The notes: generated by a model not told the origin, from the letters alone. Numbered from the stretch's first letter, positions 29,665-45,777 are shown. The stretch is DNA of 64,000 nt from an uncultured delta proteobacterium (GCA_963737265.1 CAVTRY010000012.1:160001-224000), one strand, 5' to 3'. Program-made: numbers and translations.

Positions 29665-30261
29665 CTAGGCGGAAGGGGCGCTGACCCCGGTTTCGAGTAG
29701 ACCGTAGTTTCCGTCCTTGCGGCGATAGATCACTGAAATCGTGTTTCGGTCGGCGTCGACGAAAACCAGCACGTCCCGCTCGACCAGGTTGAGCTGCATG
29801 GCGGCGTCGCGCACTTGCAGCGTGCGAACCTCTTCGGTGGCATCGCGGATGACCGGAATCTCGGCGCCGGCCAGCTTGGCGTCCGGCTGCGCGCCAGGCT
29901 GAGGCTCAAGGCTCTCGGCCGCCACCACCGTCTGTCGCACCTGCAAGCGAGGCCCACCGTGCGGCTTGTGGGTGCGAATCTTCTCCTTCCACTTGCGCAC
30001 CTGGCGCTCGATGCGCGCCACCGACAGATCGATGGACGAATACATGTCCTCGGTGGTGTCGCGCGCCTGGATAACGAGTCCGTTGGGCAAGGTCAGGGAG
30101 AACTCTGCCGTGTGGTTGTGGTTACGTTCCACGGAGAAGGTCCCGTGCGCGGCGATGGGATCGCGACTGAAGTATTTCTTGATCTTCTCCAGTCGCTCCT
30201 CGGCGTAATCCTTGACGGCAGGAGAAGCTTCCATGTGACGAAAGGTAATCGAAAGCTGCAT
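29665..30261 (-). CDS. hpf: Ribosome hibernation promoting factor (long HPF)
   Basis: ITFRHME, DMYSSID and C-terminal VIYRRKDGNYGL. Follows rpoN. Confidence 0.92.
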   Translation of the reverse strand: MQLSITFRHMEASPAVKDYAEERLEKIKKYFSRDPIAAHGTFSVERNHNHTAEFSLTLPNGLVIQARDTTEDMYSSIDLSVARIERQVRKWKEKIRTHKPHGGPRLQVRQTVVAAESLEPQPGAQPDAKLAGAEIPVIRDATEEVRTLQVRDAAMQLNLVERDVLVFVDADRNTISVIYRRKDGNYGLLETGVSAPSA

Positions 30262-30308
30262 CGAAATGGCCTCCACGGCGGGACGTTTTGGGGTCGCGGT
30301 TGATGGGT

Positions 30309-31820
30309 CTAGAACACTTGCTTGCGTTTGCTACTCGGTTGAATTCTGAGCTGTTCCCGATACTTGGCGACGGTACGCCGGGCGATCTCGATGTTCTGTT
30401 CGAGAAGTAGCTCGACAATCTTTTGATCGGAATGGGGGTGCTTGGGATCTTCGCTGGCGACGATCTGCTTGATCTTCAGCTTCACCGCTTCGGATGCCAA
30501 ATCGTCGCCGTCGCTGCGGGTGATGCCCGAATTGAAGAAATACTTGAGCTCGAAGATGCCCTGGGGCGTGTGCACGTATTTGTTGGTCGTAACCCGCGAG
30601 ACGGTCGATTCGTGCATACCAATGTCGTCGGCGACATCGCGCAGGATGAGCGGCTTCAAGTACGCCGACCCTTTTTCGAAAAACTCGCGCTGAAAGCGAA
30701 GAATAGATTCGGTCACGCGCACGATGGTACGCTGTCGCTGCTGGATGGAGCGGATGAGCCACTGGGCGCTACGCAGGCGCTCTTGGATGTATTCGCGCGC
30801 CTTCGGTCCTTTCGAGAGAGCAACCCGGTAGAAATCGGAAATCTTCAGCTTGGGCAAGCCGTCGTCGTTGGCCACCACGAAGTACTTGTCGCCAACTTTT
30901 TGGATGTGTACATCCGGCGTGATGTAGTTGGATTCTTCGTCGCTGTAGGCGCGCCCCGGTTTGGGATCGAAAGCCAGCACCACCTTGGTCGCTTCGTAGA
31001 CCTCTTCGAGCGGCTGGCCAAGATCCTTGGCGATGGCGGCGTAACTGTGCTTCTCCAGATTCGACAGGTGCTTGGTGATGATGCCAAGCACGAGCTCGTC
31101 GTCCGCACCCACGTGGCGCGCCTGAAGCAGAAGACATTCCTGCAGATTTCGCGCGGCGATGCCGGGCGGGTCGAATTCCTGCACATGCGCCAGCACGGCC
31201 TCGACGAACTCGACCGAGACGCCGGCCTCGTCCGCGATTTCCTCCAGCGGCACGTCCAAATAGCCGTCCGGCGTCAGATTGCCGAGAATCAGCAACGCCA
31301 CGCCTTCCTCTTGATCGGAAAAACCGCGATTGAGCTTGAGCTGCCATTCCAGGTGATCGAACAGCGACGTTCCACGCGTCAGGGTCGATTCGATGGAGGG
31401 CATTTCGTCCGAGTTCGGCCGGAACGACGGCATGGGCGCCGCGTTGGACTGAGTTTCAAGGTAGGTATCCCAGTCGAAATCCGCCACGGCCTCATCCGAG
31501 CGAGCATCCGCCTTCACCTCGGCGGTGGTCTCAACCCTGTCTCCAGAAACCTGCGTCACCGGGGTTTCGGTCTCGCCGATGCGCTCGGTTTCCGCTTCCC
31601 GGCCCGCCTCCACCACTTGCCCCTCGTCGCTTCCTGGCTTCGCCTGCTCCGCCGACAGCTCGACCGCGTCCTCAAGGACGGGATTCTCCAACAGCTCGTC
31701 GCGCACCATGTCCACTAGCTCGACCCGCGAGAGCTGCAACAACTTGATCGCCTGTTGCAGCTGCGGCGTCATGACGAGCTGCTGCGAGAGTTTCAGATGC
31801 TGCTTGATCTCCATGGACAT
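30309..31820 (-). CDS. rpoN: RNA polymerase sigma-54 factor
   Basis: MTPQLQQAIKLLQL, HESTVSR and the RpoN box ARRTVAKYRE. Confidence 0.98.
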   Translation of the reverse strand: MSMEIKQHLKLSQQLVMTPQLQQAIKLLQLSRVELVDMVRDELLENPVLEDAVELSAEQAKPGSDEGQVVEAGREAETERIGETETPVTQVSGDRVETTAEVKADARSDEAVADFDWDTYLETQSNAAPMPSFRPNSDEMPSIESTLTRGTSLFDHLEWQLKLNRGFSDQEEGVALLILGNLTPDGYLDVPLEEIADEAGVSVEFVEAVLAHVQEFDPPGIAARNLQECLLLQARHVGADDELVLGIITKHLSNLEKHSYAAIAKDLGQPLEEVYEATKVVLAFDPKPGRAYSDEESNYITPDVHIQKVGDKYFVVANDDGLPKLKISDFYRVALSKGPKAREYIQERLRSAQWLIRSIQQRQRTIVRVTESILRFQREFFEKGSAYLKPLILRDVADDIGMHESTVSRVTTNKYVHTPQGIFELKYFFNSGITRSDGDDLASEAVKLKIKQIVASEDPKHPHSDQKIVELLLEQNIEIARRTVAKYREQLRIQPSSKRKQVF

Positions 31821-31911
31821 TGCGTCACCGTTCGCCGTTGCTTAGATCATCGGTTGTTTCCTAATTCTTTGATAGCACTGGGCACCGCTTTGGAAAAGCA
31901 AAAGCCTCGTC

Positions 31912-31927
31912 TGGTACACAGATTGCT
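31912..31927 (+). promoter_or_regulatory. Sigma-54 binding site oriented away from rpoN (autorepression candidate)
   Basis: TGGTACACAGATTGCT (GG-N10-GC) about 90 bp upstream of rpoN, on the opposite strand. Confidence 0.65.
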
Positions 31928-32033
31928 AGGGTCAGGCGCAAAAAGCTCCACACCGGACGGACGACTCGATGTCGCCTCCGGGTCGCCTCAACCCGGAAAC
32001 AGCAAAGCCAGCCCGGCCGCCACCTGAACCTTG

Positions 32034-33809
<1,776 letters not shown>

Positions 33810-33862
33810 CTACCCCTCCGAAGTCAACGACGAAGATGGAAATCTTGGGAAGCGCGAGAAAC

Positions 33863-34987
33863 CTAGTGTTCGTCGAGAAATGCAAAGGAGAAGAGCAAGG
33901 TTTGCCGCCGGAAATCGACCGGTCCCGAGGCCGGCCAGCTGGTGTAGTAGACATAGCGAAGGCCGACCTCGAAGCGGCCCTCGAACACGCGCACCAATTC
34001 GATGCGCAAGGTGCTGCGGCCTTCGTCTTCGATGGTTGCGCCCGGAAGGCCCGCGATGGGCTGCTGGAACGTTAGGGCATCCGCGTAGTGGGTAACGACG
34101 ATCTCGCCACGCGCCGACAGCGACAGATCCCATGGCAGAAGAACCACGGTACGAAGATGAAAGAGACCACGGGTGAGTGATTCGCCATAGCTGTTCGATT
34201 GGTTGATGTGCGCCGCGGCGCCCAGGCCGAGGAGGCAGTCTCCCGTCCGGGTGACCTCTACATGGCCGATCCAGAATCGATCTCGGTGGCGCGGGACATC
34301 GCTGCCGTCGCCGCAGCCGGTGGATCGGCAAGCTGGTCCGTGAAAGCCGCGTTCCTCGACGCTGCCGCCGGCGGTCCATTCCCAATCCGGGCCACGCTCC
34401 AGCAGATTGCCGGGCCGGCTGTACTTGAGCGCCAGGAAGGCGGTAGGAGCGGCAAAGCTGTAGGCATCGTCGGGTTTGAAGGTGAACCAGCGATAGCCGC
34501 CGCCGAGCGATGCGAGCATGGATCCGCGGATTTCCTCATCGAGCCGCAGCGACGGCGCAACGGAGCGAAAATCGGGAAGGTCGGTCGATCGGCGCTGGAA
34601 GACGTCGAAATACGCGGCGGAGCCGACGAGCTCGGTCTGTCGCCCAAGCCGGACGGCGTCGCCCGTCGCGCCCTGGAAAACCAGCACGTTTTCGGCGCGC
34701 GCCTCCGGAGCGGTAAACCACTTGCCGCCGAAGGCGCCGGAAAACGATAAGACCTGCCGATCGCCGAGCGGAGCCGCGAGATTTCCCGACACCACGACGC
34801 GCGCGAGCGGTGAAGCAGGAGCGGCGGCTGGATTCACCGTCCCGGCGATGCGTTCCGCGCGTGCAGGATTGCTGTCGTATTCAGCCCCGTCTTCCAAACG
34901 CCAGTCGTAGCGAACCCCGTCGGCGCGCGATTCCGCTGCCAGGCTGACTAGGCAGAGTCCCACGGTTGCGAGGATGCGCGGATGCAT
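33863..34987 (-). CDS. Hypothetical outer-membrane beta-barrel protein
   Basis: Signal peptide, EYDSN motif and amphipathic strands. Confidence 0.65.
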   Translation of the reverse strand: MHPRILATVGLCLVSLAAESRADGVRYDWRLEDGAEYDSNPARAERIAGTVNPAAAPASPLARVVVSGNLAAPLGDRQVLSFSGAFGGKWFTAPEARAENVLVFQGATGDAVRLGRQTELVGSAAYFDVFQRRSTDLPDFRSVAPSLRLDEEIRGSMLASLGGGYRWFTFKPDDAYSFAAPTAFLALKYSRPGNLLERGPDWEWTAGGSVEERGFHGPACRSTGCGDGSDVPRHRDRFWIGHVEVTRTGDCLLGLGAAAHINQSNSYGESLTRGLFHLRTVVLLPWDLSLSARGEIVVTHYADALTFQQPIAGLPGATIEDEGRSTLRIELVRVFEGRFEVGLRYVYYTSWPASGPVDFRRQTLLFSFAFLDEH

Positions 34988-35058
34988 CTCGCGCCATACT
35001 ACCCCGAAGTCGTGGTTTCACACGCACCGTGTCTGACGAAAAGCGCGGAGTAGGTTGA

Positions 35059-35772
35059 CTACCAGGGCAAAGGATCGTCCATGTGGAAGAACTGACCGGT
35101 CGGTCCGTCGGCGGGAAGGGTCGCAAGCCTGACCGCGGTCTTGGCGCCATCCACGACCTGCATGGGCGCTTCCTTGCCGCCGAGATCCGTTTTCACCCAG
35201 CCGGGATGCGCGGAATTCACCTTCAGGGCCGTTCCGCGCGTCTTGTGCGCGATGGCTACGGTGAAGCCGTTGAGCGCGGCCTTCGAGGCCGTGTACGAGG
35301 GGATGACGAAGTTACCGAACATCTCGGGGCTCTTCTGCAGCGTGGTGAGAGAACCAAGTACGCTGGAATGGTTGACGACGCGGCCAGCTGGACTTGCCTT
35401 GAGCAGCGGCAAGAGCGCATAGGTGACCGCAACCACGCCGAAGACGTTGGCGTCGAACACGCGGCGGAAGGAATCCACATCGTCCGCGGACCACTCGGCC
35501 ACGCCGGCGTTGTTCACCAGCACGTCCAGGCGGCCGAACTTCTCCTTGAAAAAGCCGGGCAGCTTGGCCACGTCGTCCTTGCTGGTCACGTCCAGTTTCA
35601 CGGTGTGCGCGTCGATGTCCTGCTTGCGCAGCTCGGACGCGGCGGCCACGCCCCTGGCCTCGTCGCGCGCGCCCAGCACGACGAGCAGTCCTTGCTTGCC
35701 GAGTTGACGGGCGATTTCAAGGCCAAGTCCTTTGTTGGCACCGGTGATAAGGGCTACTGTCTTTTGGGTCAT
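35059..35772 (-). CDS. SDR oxidoreductase (carbonyl reductase-like)
   Basis: TGANKGLG, LVNNAG, YTASK and HPGWVKTDLGG. GGAGAAGG SD upstream. Confidence 0.92.
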   Translation of the reverse strand: MTQKTVALITGANKGLGLEIARQLGKQGLLVVLGARDEARGVAAASELRKQDIDAHTVKLDVTSKDDVAKLPGFFKEKFGRLDVLVNNAGVAEWSADDVDSFRRVFDANVFGVVAVTYALLPLLKASPAGRVVNHSSVLGSLTTLQKSPEMFGNFVIPSYTASKAALNGFTVAIAHKTRGTALKVNSAHPGWVKTDLGGKEAPMQVVDGAKTAVRLATLPADGPTGQFFHMDDPLPW

Positions 35773-35965
35773 GGGACCTTCTCCAAGCGGGGGTTGTCGC
35801 GATTGTTTGTTGCTTGCAGGCAGCCTGGATCGACTTGGCCGTGGATTCAAGCTCGCTTCCTCTCCAGCCTCTATCGGCTTCGTCGATCCCGTCCGTGAGA
35901 CATGTGCCGCTTCGGCAAGCGGAGCTGGTGTCGAGGTTCGCTGCAACGACCTACTCGTCGTCGCC

Positions 35966-36964
35966 TCACGGAGCGCGGCTCTGGGCGCGCAAGCGCCGCG
36001 CGTCTTCATCCAAGGCTCGCGCGCGGGCATATAGAGCGGCGGCCGCCCGATCGAGCGCGCCTGGATCCAGCGGGGAATCGACCGGACCCAGGGCTTGGCG
36101 CAGCTCCGCCGCGGTTGCGGGATCGAGAAACAGGTGTGGCTCGACGGACAACTGGCCGGGGACCGTCTGGGACAAAGGCGAGGACTTGGCGGAGGTAGCG
36201 CTCTCCGGGGCGGGCGAAGCCGTGGCGACGGAGGTCTCGCCCGAGGCGGGAAGCGCAATCGTGAGCGGAGGCGGAGGTGGCGACGACAAAGTGGGCGATT
36301 GAGCCGAGCCGCTGGCGACGGTCGGGGTGGCCGGCGCACTCGTCGCGCCGCGCGGACTGCTATCGCTGGTGCTCGTTCCCGGCGTCAGACCCGAGTTTGC
36401 CGACTTCTGCGCCGAGTTGCCGAGATTGCGTTTGGAGGACTCCAACCCGGAAAATGGATCGCGATCCCAGGCACCCGCCCGGCGATGCAAGGCTCTGCGG
36501 CTGCGCAATTGCTCCGCCGCGCTGGCCAAGATGTCTGCTTGGCCGGACAACTTCTTGGCTTGGTCCGAGAAGAGGTCGGCCTTGGCCTCAAGCTCCACGC
36601 TTCCGTCCTGTGGCAAAGGCTGGGGCGGCGAGATAGAAGCACCACGACCGAGCGATGACTCCCCGGCGCCGCGCAGTTTGCGTAGCCGAGCCTCCGCCTG
36701 AGTCACCTTCTGCGCCAACGCCTCCGCGTCCGCCATGCGCTCGCCGAGGCGGTAGTCGTTGCGAACCGACCGGCCGGCTCGCTTGAGGGCGGCGACCTCG
36801 GCGTTGACGCGATCGAGCTCGGCGGACAGGCGCGCGAAGTCGTCCTGAGCGCGGCGAAGAATGGTGGCATCTGCGCCCGTGCCCTGGGCGTGCGCACTGC
36901 TTGGCGCCAGCAGGATCATCCCGCCGAGAATCGCCATTCGCCAGATTGTCGACACACTTCGCAC
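35966..36964 (-). CDS. Hypothetical secreted coiled-coil protein
   Basis: Signal peptide ending AHA-Q, coiled coils and a Pro/Ser-rich linker. Confidence 0.65.
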   Translation of the reverse strand: MRSVSTIWRMAILGGMILLAPSSAHAQGTGADATILRRAQDDFARLSAELDRVNAEVAALKRAGRSVRNDYRLGERMADAEALAQKVTQAEARLRKLRGAGESSLGRGASISPPQPLPQDGSVELEAKADLFSDQAKKLSGQADILASAAEQLRSRRALHRRAGAWDRDPFSGLESSKRNLGNSAQKSANSGLTPGTSTSDSSPRGATSAPATPTVASGSAQSPTLSSPPPPPLTIALPASGETSVATASPAPESATSAKSSPLSQTVPGQLSVEPHLFLDPATAAELRQALGPVDSPLDPGALDRAAAALYARARALDEDARRLRAQSRAP

Positions 36965-37116
36965 GCGGCCCAGTGTAGCAAGGCTCGCGCCAGGATGCCG
37001 ATTCGCTGAAACTCAAGACTTAGGCGCCTTCGCTCTCAGTTTTCTGACGGAATGCCGGCAAACCGTCGTAACACGACGACGCACGCTTGCCGCTGCTACC
37101 CAAAGCGAAGCTATTG

Positions 37117-37863
37117 ATGTCTACTCGAACCATGCCTGCATGCACCTTGCCGACTTCCTTGCCGACTTCACTGGCGCTTCTCTCGCTGGGATTGCTGGCG
37201 TTGCCCGGCTGTGCGACGACCGCGCCCTCGACGGGCGCGTCCGGGCCGCCCAGCGAAGTCGCGCTTGACTACTATCCCCTTTTTCCCAACTGGGGCTGGG
37301 CGTACGAAATTGAACGAGAGGGCACGAAGGTTCTTGCGCTCTATTCGGTGATCCAGCGCAGCCCCGATCTGGCAGTCGTCAAGAACGTCGACGAACGCAT
37401 CGAATACGCCATTCGGCCCGAAGGAATCGCGCGAAGAAACGGCATGTTCGCGGAGGATTATGTGCTGAAGAATCCCGTGCGGGTGGGCACCGAATGGCCG
37501 GTGGCGAGCGGCGAGGCAAAGGTCGTGGCGGTCGGGCAGATCGTCACGCTTCCGTCGGGTTCGTACCACGACTGCGTCGTCGTCGAGGAAATGCGGCACG
37601 ATCCAGATCGGGTCACGCGCACAACGTATAGCCGGGGCACCGGCCCAATCGAGATCGAAATGCGCGTCTTCAATCCAATCAAGACAATCTTCGAGGTAAG
37701 CGCGCGGGCCAGAATCTTGAGCGTCACCCGACCCGAAGACAGCAACCAGGCTTTCGCATGGCGCCATTATTGGCTCGCTGCCATAGTCACGCAAGTGCGA
37801 TTTCGCTCTCGGATTTGCCCCGGCTCCGATTTCATTGGCGCACATCTCGTTCTCGGGTCATAG
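37117..37863 (+). CDS. Hypothetical lipoprotein
   Basis: Lipobox LPGC, DYYPL..W.Y and VTLPSGSY.DC motifs. Start and C-terminal tail are uncertain. Confidence 0.65.
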   Translation: MSTRTMPACTLPTSLPTSLALLSLGLLALPGCATTAPSTGASGPPSEVALDYYPLFPNWGWAYEIEREGTKVLALYSVIQRSPDLAVVKNVDERIEYAIRPEGIARRNGMFAEDYVLKNPVRVGTEWPVASGEAKVVAVGQIVTLPSGSYHDCVVVEEMRHDPDRVTRTTYSRGTGPIEIEMRVFNPIKTIFEVSARARILSVTRPEDSNQAFAWRHYWLAAIVTQVRFRSRICPGSDFIGAHLVLGS

Positions 37864-37899
37864 TGTTGCGGTCCTGCCTTCGCGTTTCGCGAGGAGCGC

Positions 37900-38028
37900 C
37901 GGAACCGGTTGGCGGTTTGCCTGTCTGAACGGTTTTTTGCACGGACTACCGTTCACACGCTCAACTTCTCCACCAACGTCCTCACGGATGCGGCGCGCGG
38001 AGAAACAGTCGGGCCAACCGAGGTTCCG
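37900..38028 (+). promoter_or_regulatory. Candidate structured 5' leader of the DEAD-box helicase gene
   Basis: Outer stem CGGAACC-GGTTGGC / GCCAACC-GA-GGTTCCG encloses TGAACGGT/ACCGTTCA and TTCTCC/GGAGAA stems, and overlaps the GAGG SD. Confidence 0.5.
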
Positions 38029-38034
38029 ATCTAC

Positions 38035-39348
38035 ATGACCGATCTTGCTACCACAGCCAATTCTCGTTCGACGCTTTCCCCTATTCCCCACTCTTCCATT
38101 TCGGCGCCTGCAAAAGACGCCACCCACATCAATGGTTTCGCCGCCCTTGGCCTGCGCGAACCCATCCTCAGAGCCGTCGTCGCCGAGGGATACACCACAC
38201 CGACGCCGATCCAGTGCCAGGCGATTCCGTTCGTCATGCGCGGCCGCGACCTGCTTGGTTGCGCGCAGACTGGAACGGGCAAAACCGCGGCCTTCGCCCT
38301 GCCTTTGCTGCATCGCCTGTCCGAGCCCGGGCGCGAGCGCAAGCGTGGCCCGGCCGTGCTCGCGTTGGTCCCCACGCGCGAGCTCGCGGTGCAGATCGCC
38401 GAAAGCTTCGCCGTCTATGGCCGCGGTCTGCCGTTTCGCAGCGGGGTCGTCTTCGGCGGTGTTTCCCAAGGCGCGCAAGTCGCGTCCCTGCGCCGCGGCC
38501 TCGACATCTTGGTGGCCACGCCCGGCCGTTTGCTGGACTTGATGAGCCAGGGCTGCGTTCCCTTGGGCGATGTGGAGACGCTGGTGCTCAACGAAGCGGA
38601 TCGCATGCTCAACATGGGCTTCATCGATCCCATCCGCCGCATTTTGGCCAAGCTGCCGGCCAAGCGCCAGAATCTGCTTTTCTCCGCCACCATGCCGGCG
38701 CCCATCGCGACCCTGGCCGATCAAATTCTGCGCGACCCCGCCAAGGTTTCCGTCGCGCCCGTCGCCACCACCGTCGACAGCGTCACGCAATGGGTTCTCT
38801 TCGTCAGGCAATCCGACAAACGCGCGTTGCTGGCCGAGGTCCTGCGCGATCCAGCCATGAGCCGCGTAATCGTCTTCACGCGAACCAAATCGGGGGCCAA
38901 TCGCGTGGCGCGCGACCTGACCAGCGCCGGCATCGCCACCGAGGCCATTCACGGCAACAAGAGTCAGAATGCCCGCCAGCGCGCGCTCGCCGACTTCCGC
39001 GACGGCAAGGTGCGCGTCCTGGTGGCCACCGACATCGCGGCCCGAGGCATCGACGTCGATGGCATCAGCCACGTCATCAATTTCGAGTTACCGAATGAGC
39101 CCGAGAGCTACATTCACCGCATCGGTCGCACCGCCCGCGCCGGCGCCCGCGGCGTGGCCCTGGCTTTCTGCGACGCCAGCGAGCGGACATATTTACGCGA
39201 AATCGAGCGTCTCACGCGCACGAAGATATCAGTCGCGACCGATCACCCGTACGCGGCGAATGGCAACGAGGTCAGCGCGCCTCAGCCGCGGCAGAATTTC
39301 GGTGGCGGCGGCGGTGGTCGCAATCGTTTCCACTCTCGCCGTCGATAA
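38035..39348 (+). CDS. rhlE: DEAD-box RNA helicase, RhlE-like (motif II reads NEAD)
   Basis: Q motif, [32 protein letters not shown] and HRIGRTAR. Confidence 0.85.
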   Translation: MTDLATTANSRSTLSPIPHSSISAPAKDATHINGFAALGLREPILRAVVAEGYTTPTPIQCQAIPFVMRGRDLLGCAQTGTGKTAAFALPLLHRLSEPGRERKRGPAVLALVPTRELAVQIAESFAVYGRGLPFRSGVVFGGVSQGAQVASLRRGLDILVATPGRLLDLMSQGCVPLGDVETLVLNEADRMLNMGFIDPIRRILAKLPAKRQNLLFSATMPAPIATLADQILRDPAKVSVAPVATTVDSVTQWVLFVRQSDKRALLAEVLRDPAMSRVIVFTRTKSGANRVARDLTSAGIATEAIHGNKSQNARQRALADFRDGKVRVLVATDIAARGIDVDGISHVINFELPNEPESYIHRIGRTARAGARGVALAFCDASERTYLREIERLTRTKISVATDHPYAANGNEVSAPQPRQNFGGGGGGRNRFHSRRR

Positions 39349-39369
39349 TTCGACCTAGACTGGTCGTCC

Positions 39370-41202
<1,833 letters not shown>

Positions 41203-41240
41203 GCAACTGTGAAGCAGAAGTCGCAAGAATTCCGGCGGAA

Positions 41241-42215
41241 TCACGCGGCCGACGCCTTGGCCACCTCGGCTTGGGCATAGGCTTCGAGCTTGCGTCCGTC
41301 GGCGTTGAATACGCGGATGCCTTCGCTCAGCTTTTCCACCGCCATCGCGTCTTCGTTGTGCATCCAGCGATAGGATTTTTCGTCCAGGTGCATGGGCGCG
41401 ATGTCGAGTTTCTTGGCGAGAGTCGGATCGAGCTTACGGACGAGCTCGCCCTCGCGCGTTTCGAGCTGCGAAAGGAGGTCCGGGCTGATGGTGAGCAAAT
41501 CGCAGCCGGCAAGATCGATGACTTGCTCGACCTTGCGAAAGCTTGCGCCCATGACCTGGGTCGCATAGTCGAACTTTTTGTAGTAGTTGTAGATGCGCAC
41601 CACCGAAGCCACGCCCGGATCCTCGGCGCGCGGGATATCGGTCACGCCCCTCGCCTTTTTGTGCCAGTCGTAGATCCGACCCACGAACGGCGAAATCAAG
41701 GTGACCTTGGCCTCGGCGCAGGCCACGGCCTGGGCGAAGCTGAACAGCAAGGTCAGGTTGCAGTGGATGCCTTCCCTCTCCAATTGCTCGGCCGCGCGAA
41801 TGCCTTCCCAGGTCGTGCCAAGCTTGATAAGCACCCGCTCGCGCGACACGCCAGCGTCGGAATAGAGCTGGATGATCTCGCGTGCCTTGGCCATGCTACC
41901 AGCGGTGTCGAAACTCAGCTTCGCGTCGACCTCGGTCGATACACGGCCGGGAACGATCTTCAAGATCTCGCAGCCGAAGCTCACGAACAATTTGTCCATG
42001 AACAGACTGGTCTGTCTTGCATGGTCGCCACCCGCACCCGCCGCGTATCGCAACGCCTCGTCGACAAGGTGCCGGTAGCGTTTGTCCTGCGCGGCCTTGA
42101 GCAACAGCGACGGATTCGTGGTTGCGTCTTGCGGCTTGTGCTTGGCAATCGCATCGATGTCGCCGGTGTCGGCGACGACGATGGTGAGATTCTTCAACGA
42201 GTCAAGCTGAGACAT
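41241..42215 (-). CDS. tal: Transaldolase
   Basis: [26 protein letters not shown] and SPFVGRI. Confidence 0.97.
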   Translation of the reverse strand: MSQLDSLKNLTIVVADTGDIDAIAKHKPQDATTNPSLLLKAAQDKRYRHLVDEALRYAAGAGGDHARQTSLFMDKLFVSFGCEILKIVPGRVSTEVDAKLSFDTAGSMAKAREIIQLYSDAGVSRERVLIKLGTTWEGIRAAEQLEREGIHCNLTLLFSFAQAVACAEAKVTLISPFVGRIYDWHKKARGVTDIPRAEDPGVASVVRIYNYYKKFDYATQVMGASFRKVEQVIDLAGCDLLTISPDLLSQLETREGELVRKLDPTLAKKLDIAPMHLDEKSYRWMHNEDAMAVEKLSEGIRVFNADGRKLEAYAQAEVAKASAA

Positions 42216-42356
42216 GAGCGTACCCTCCGCGGATTGACAAACAATAACCTCTCCATGAACGCGTTAAGCTTGTCTCCCCCGCGTCGTGTGCGCACGCCCA
42301 TTTTGCTCGACCCCAACGCATCGTCCGGGCTACAGGCCTCAGGCCTCAGGCTTCGG

Positions 42357-42758
42357 CTACCCCGGGCCAACGACGGAAGAGCCCGCTGTGGGCAGAGCTT
42401 CCGCCACGACCGGATGTTCAAGGCAATAGGCCTCAAGCTGCCGGCGCGCGCCGCGAAACGCGTTGCGAATCGCGACGTAGATGTCCTCGTGCACGGCATT
42501 GCTGGGATGATCGCTTCCCACAACGACAACGCCAGCCGGCATTGCCAACTCCACGCGCACGCGAAAAACGCGATCCTTGCGGATTTCATCGATGGCTTCG
42601 ATTGCCACGTGTCCGCCCGTCATCGGCGCCGTCAGCGCCCCAAGCCTCTCGAGCCACGCTCGCACCTCGGTTCGCGTCGCCTCCGGTGCATTTTCGCCAT
42701 CGAACGTAATCCTGCATGGCCGCGCGGGAACGGGCGACGGGGTTCGCGACGGCTGCAT
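42357..42758 (-). CDS. HPF/RaiA family protein (second paralogue)
   Basis: RITF..., FRVRVEL and HEDIYVAIRNAF..ARRQLE. Confidence 0.75.
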   Translation of the reverse strand: MQPSRTPSPVPARPCRITFDGENAPEATRTEVRAWLERLGALTAPMTGGHVAIEAIDEIRKDRVFRVRVELAMPAGVVVVGSDHPSNAVHEDIYVAIRNAFRGARRQLEAYCLEHPVVAEALPTAGSSVVGPG

Positions 42759-43001
42759 GTCGTTGTTCTTGGTGTGAAATTCGCTGCTCGGTTCAACTAA
42801 GCCTGCCATGGTGTCCTTGCTCGGCGGGGTGCCACCAGGTCGCTGGGCTGGCCAATCTGCCGACGGCCCACTCCGCAAGCGACCGACGGTGAGTAGTTCC
42901 TACGCGACACAGGCTGGTATTGCAAGGAAAGCGATAGCTGGATGTTTTATGGTTCAATGCTGACATTTTCTTCTGGCGTTCCCGGGTATTGTTGGTGGGC
43001 C

Positions 43002-44065
43002 GTGGCCATCCAATATGCACCGCGCACGCCGTTTCGAGACGACCTCGAGGTCGAAGTTGCGGCGTTCTTCGAGCGCCGCGGAATTTCTCGGCAGGGCTCG
43101 TATCCCCTGTGGGTCAAGACCGCCGTATTGGGCATTTGGTTGGCCGCATCCTATTGGTTGTTGGTGTTTGTCGTCCAGCAGCCGTGGCTCGCCGCTCTGT
43201 GCACCGCCTCGCTCGCGTGCGCCATGGCCGGGATTGGATTCAATGTCATGCATGACGGCGGACATCGCTCCTATGCCAAATCGTCAACCGTAAGCCGGGG
43301 AATGGCCTTCTCACTGGACCTTTTGGGCGGTAGTTCCTATTTCTGGCATTACAAACACGGCATCGCCCATCACAGCTACCCCAATGTGACGGGCTCGGAT
43401 GACGATATCTACATCGGGGCGCTCGGCCGCCTCACGCCTCACGACCGACGCCTCTGGTTTCACCGCTTCCAGCATTTCTACATTTGGTTGCTCTATGGAC
43501 TGCTTGCGATCAAATGGCAATTACTGGACGATTTTCGTTCGATCATCAGGCCGGGAATTGCCGACACGCGCGTGCCACGGCCGGCGCGGACAGAGCAGAT
43601 TCTATTCTGGTCGGGCAAGGTCCTTTTCTTCGGTCTTGCGCTGGTGCTGCCGATGCTGCTCCACCCTTGGCTAAGCGTGATTGCGCTGTTCCTGCTCACC
43701 GGCACGATCCTAGGCGTGCTTCTGAGCGTCGTGTTTCAGTTGGCGCATTGTTTGGAGGAAGCCGCCTTCGTCCAGCGCCCGCTTCCCGGCCACGCCATGG
43801 ATCGCGACTGGGCGACCCATCAAGTCGAATCGACGGTGGATTTTGCCCGCAACAATAGGGTGCTAACCTGGTTCATTGGTGGTCTCAACTTCCAGATCGA
43901 GCATCACCTGTTTCCCCGCGTCTGCCACACCCACTATCCTGCTCTTTCCGAAATCGTCGAACGCGTCTGCCGGAGCCACGGCGTGCACTACGCCGCCCAT
44001 TTGACTGCGTCCGCGGCGCTCGGCTCGCACTATCGCTGGTTGCGCCAATTGGGCCGAGCCTCTAG

Positions 44066-44069
<4 letters not shown>
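43002..44069 (+). CDS. Membrane fatty acid (acyl-CoA) desaturase
   Basis: His boxes HDGGH, HGIAHH and QIEHHLFP. GTG start inferred. Confidence 0.92.
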
Positions 44070-45727
<1,658 letters not shown>

Positions 45728-45743
45728 CACCGGTCCCTCTTCA

Positions 45744-45777
45744 TCGATTTGACCGGAAGGCTACTTCATTTTGATTG
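45744..45777 (+). promoter_or_regulatory. Bipartite enhancer-like motif, copy 1
   Basis: TCGATTTGA-N10-ACTTCATTTTGATTG, just upstream of the activator gene and 63 bp before a sigma-54 promoter. Confidence 0.7.

Noticed and set aside
37745-37863. Atypical C-terminal tail of the lipoprotein as a possible insertion junction
   Set aside because: No TSD, TIR or att-like repeat found by eye; left unresolved.
42334-42354. Heptamer run CAGGCCT-CAGGCCT-CAGGCTT
   Set aside because: Only three units, with no supporting context.
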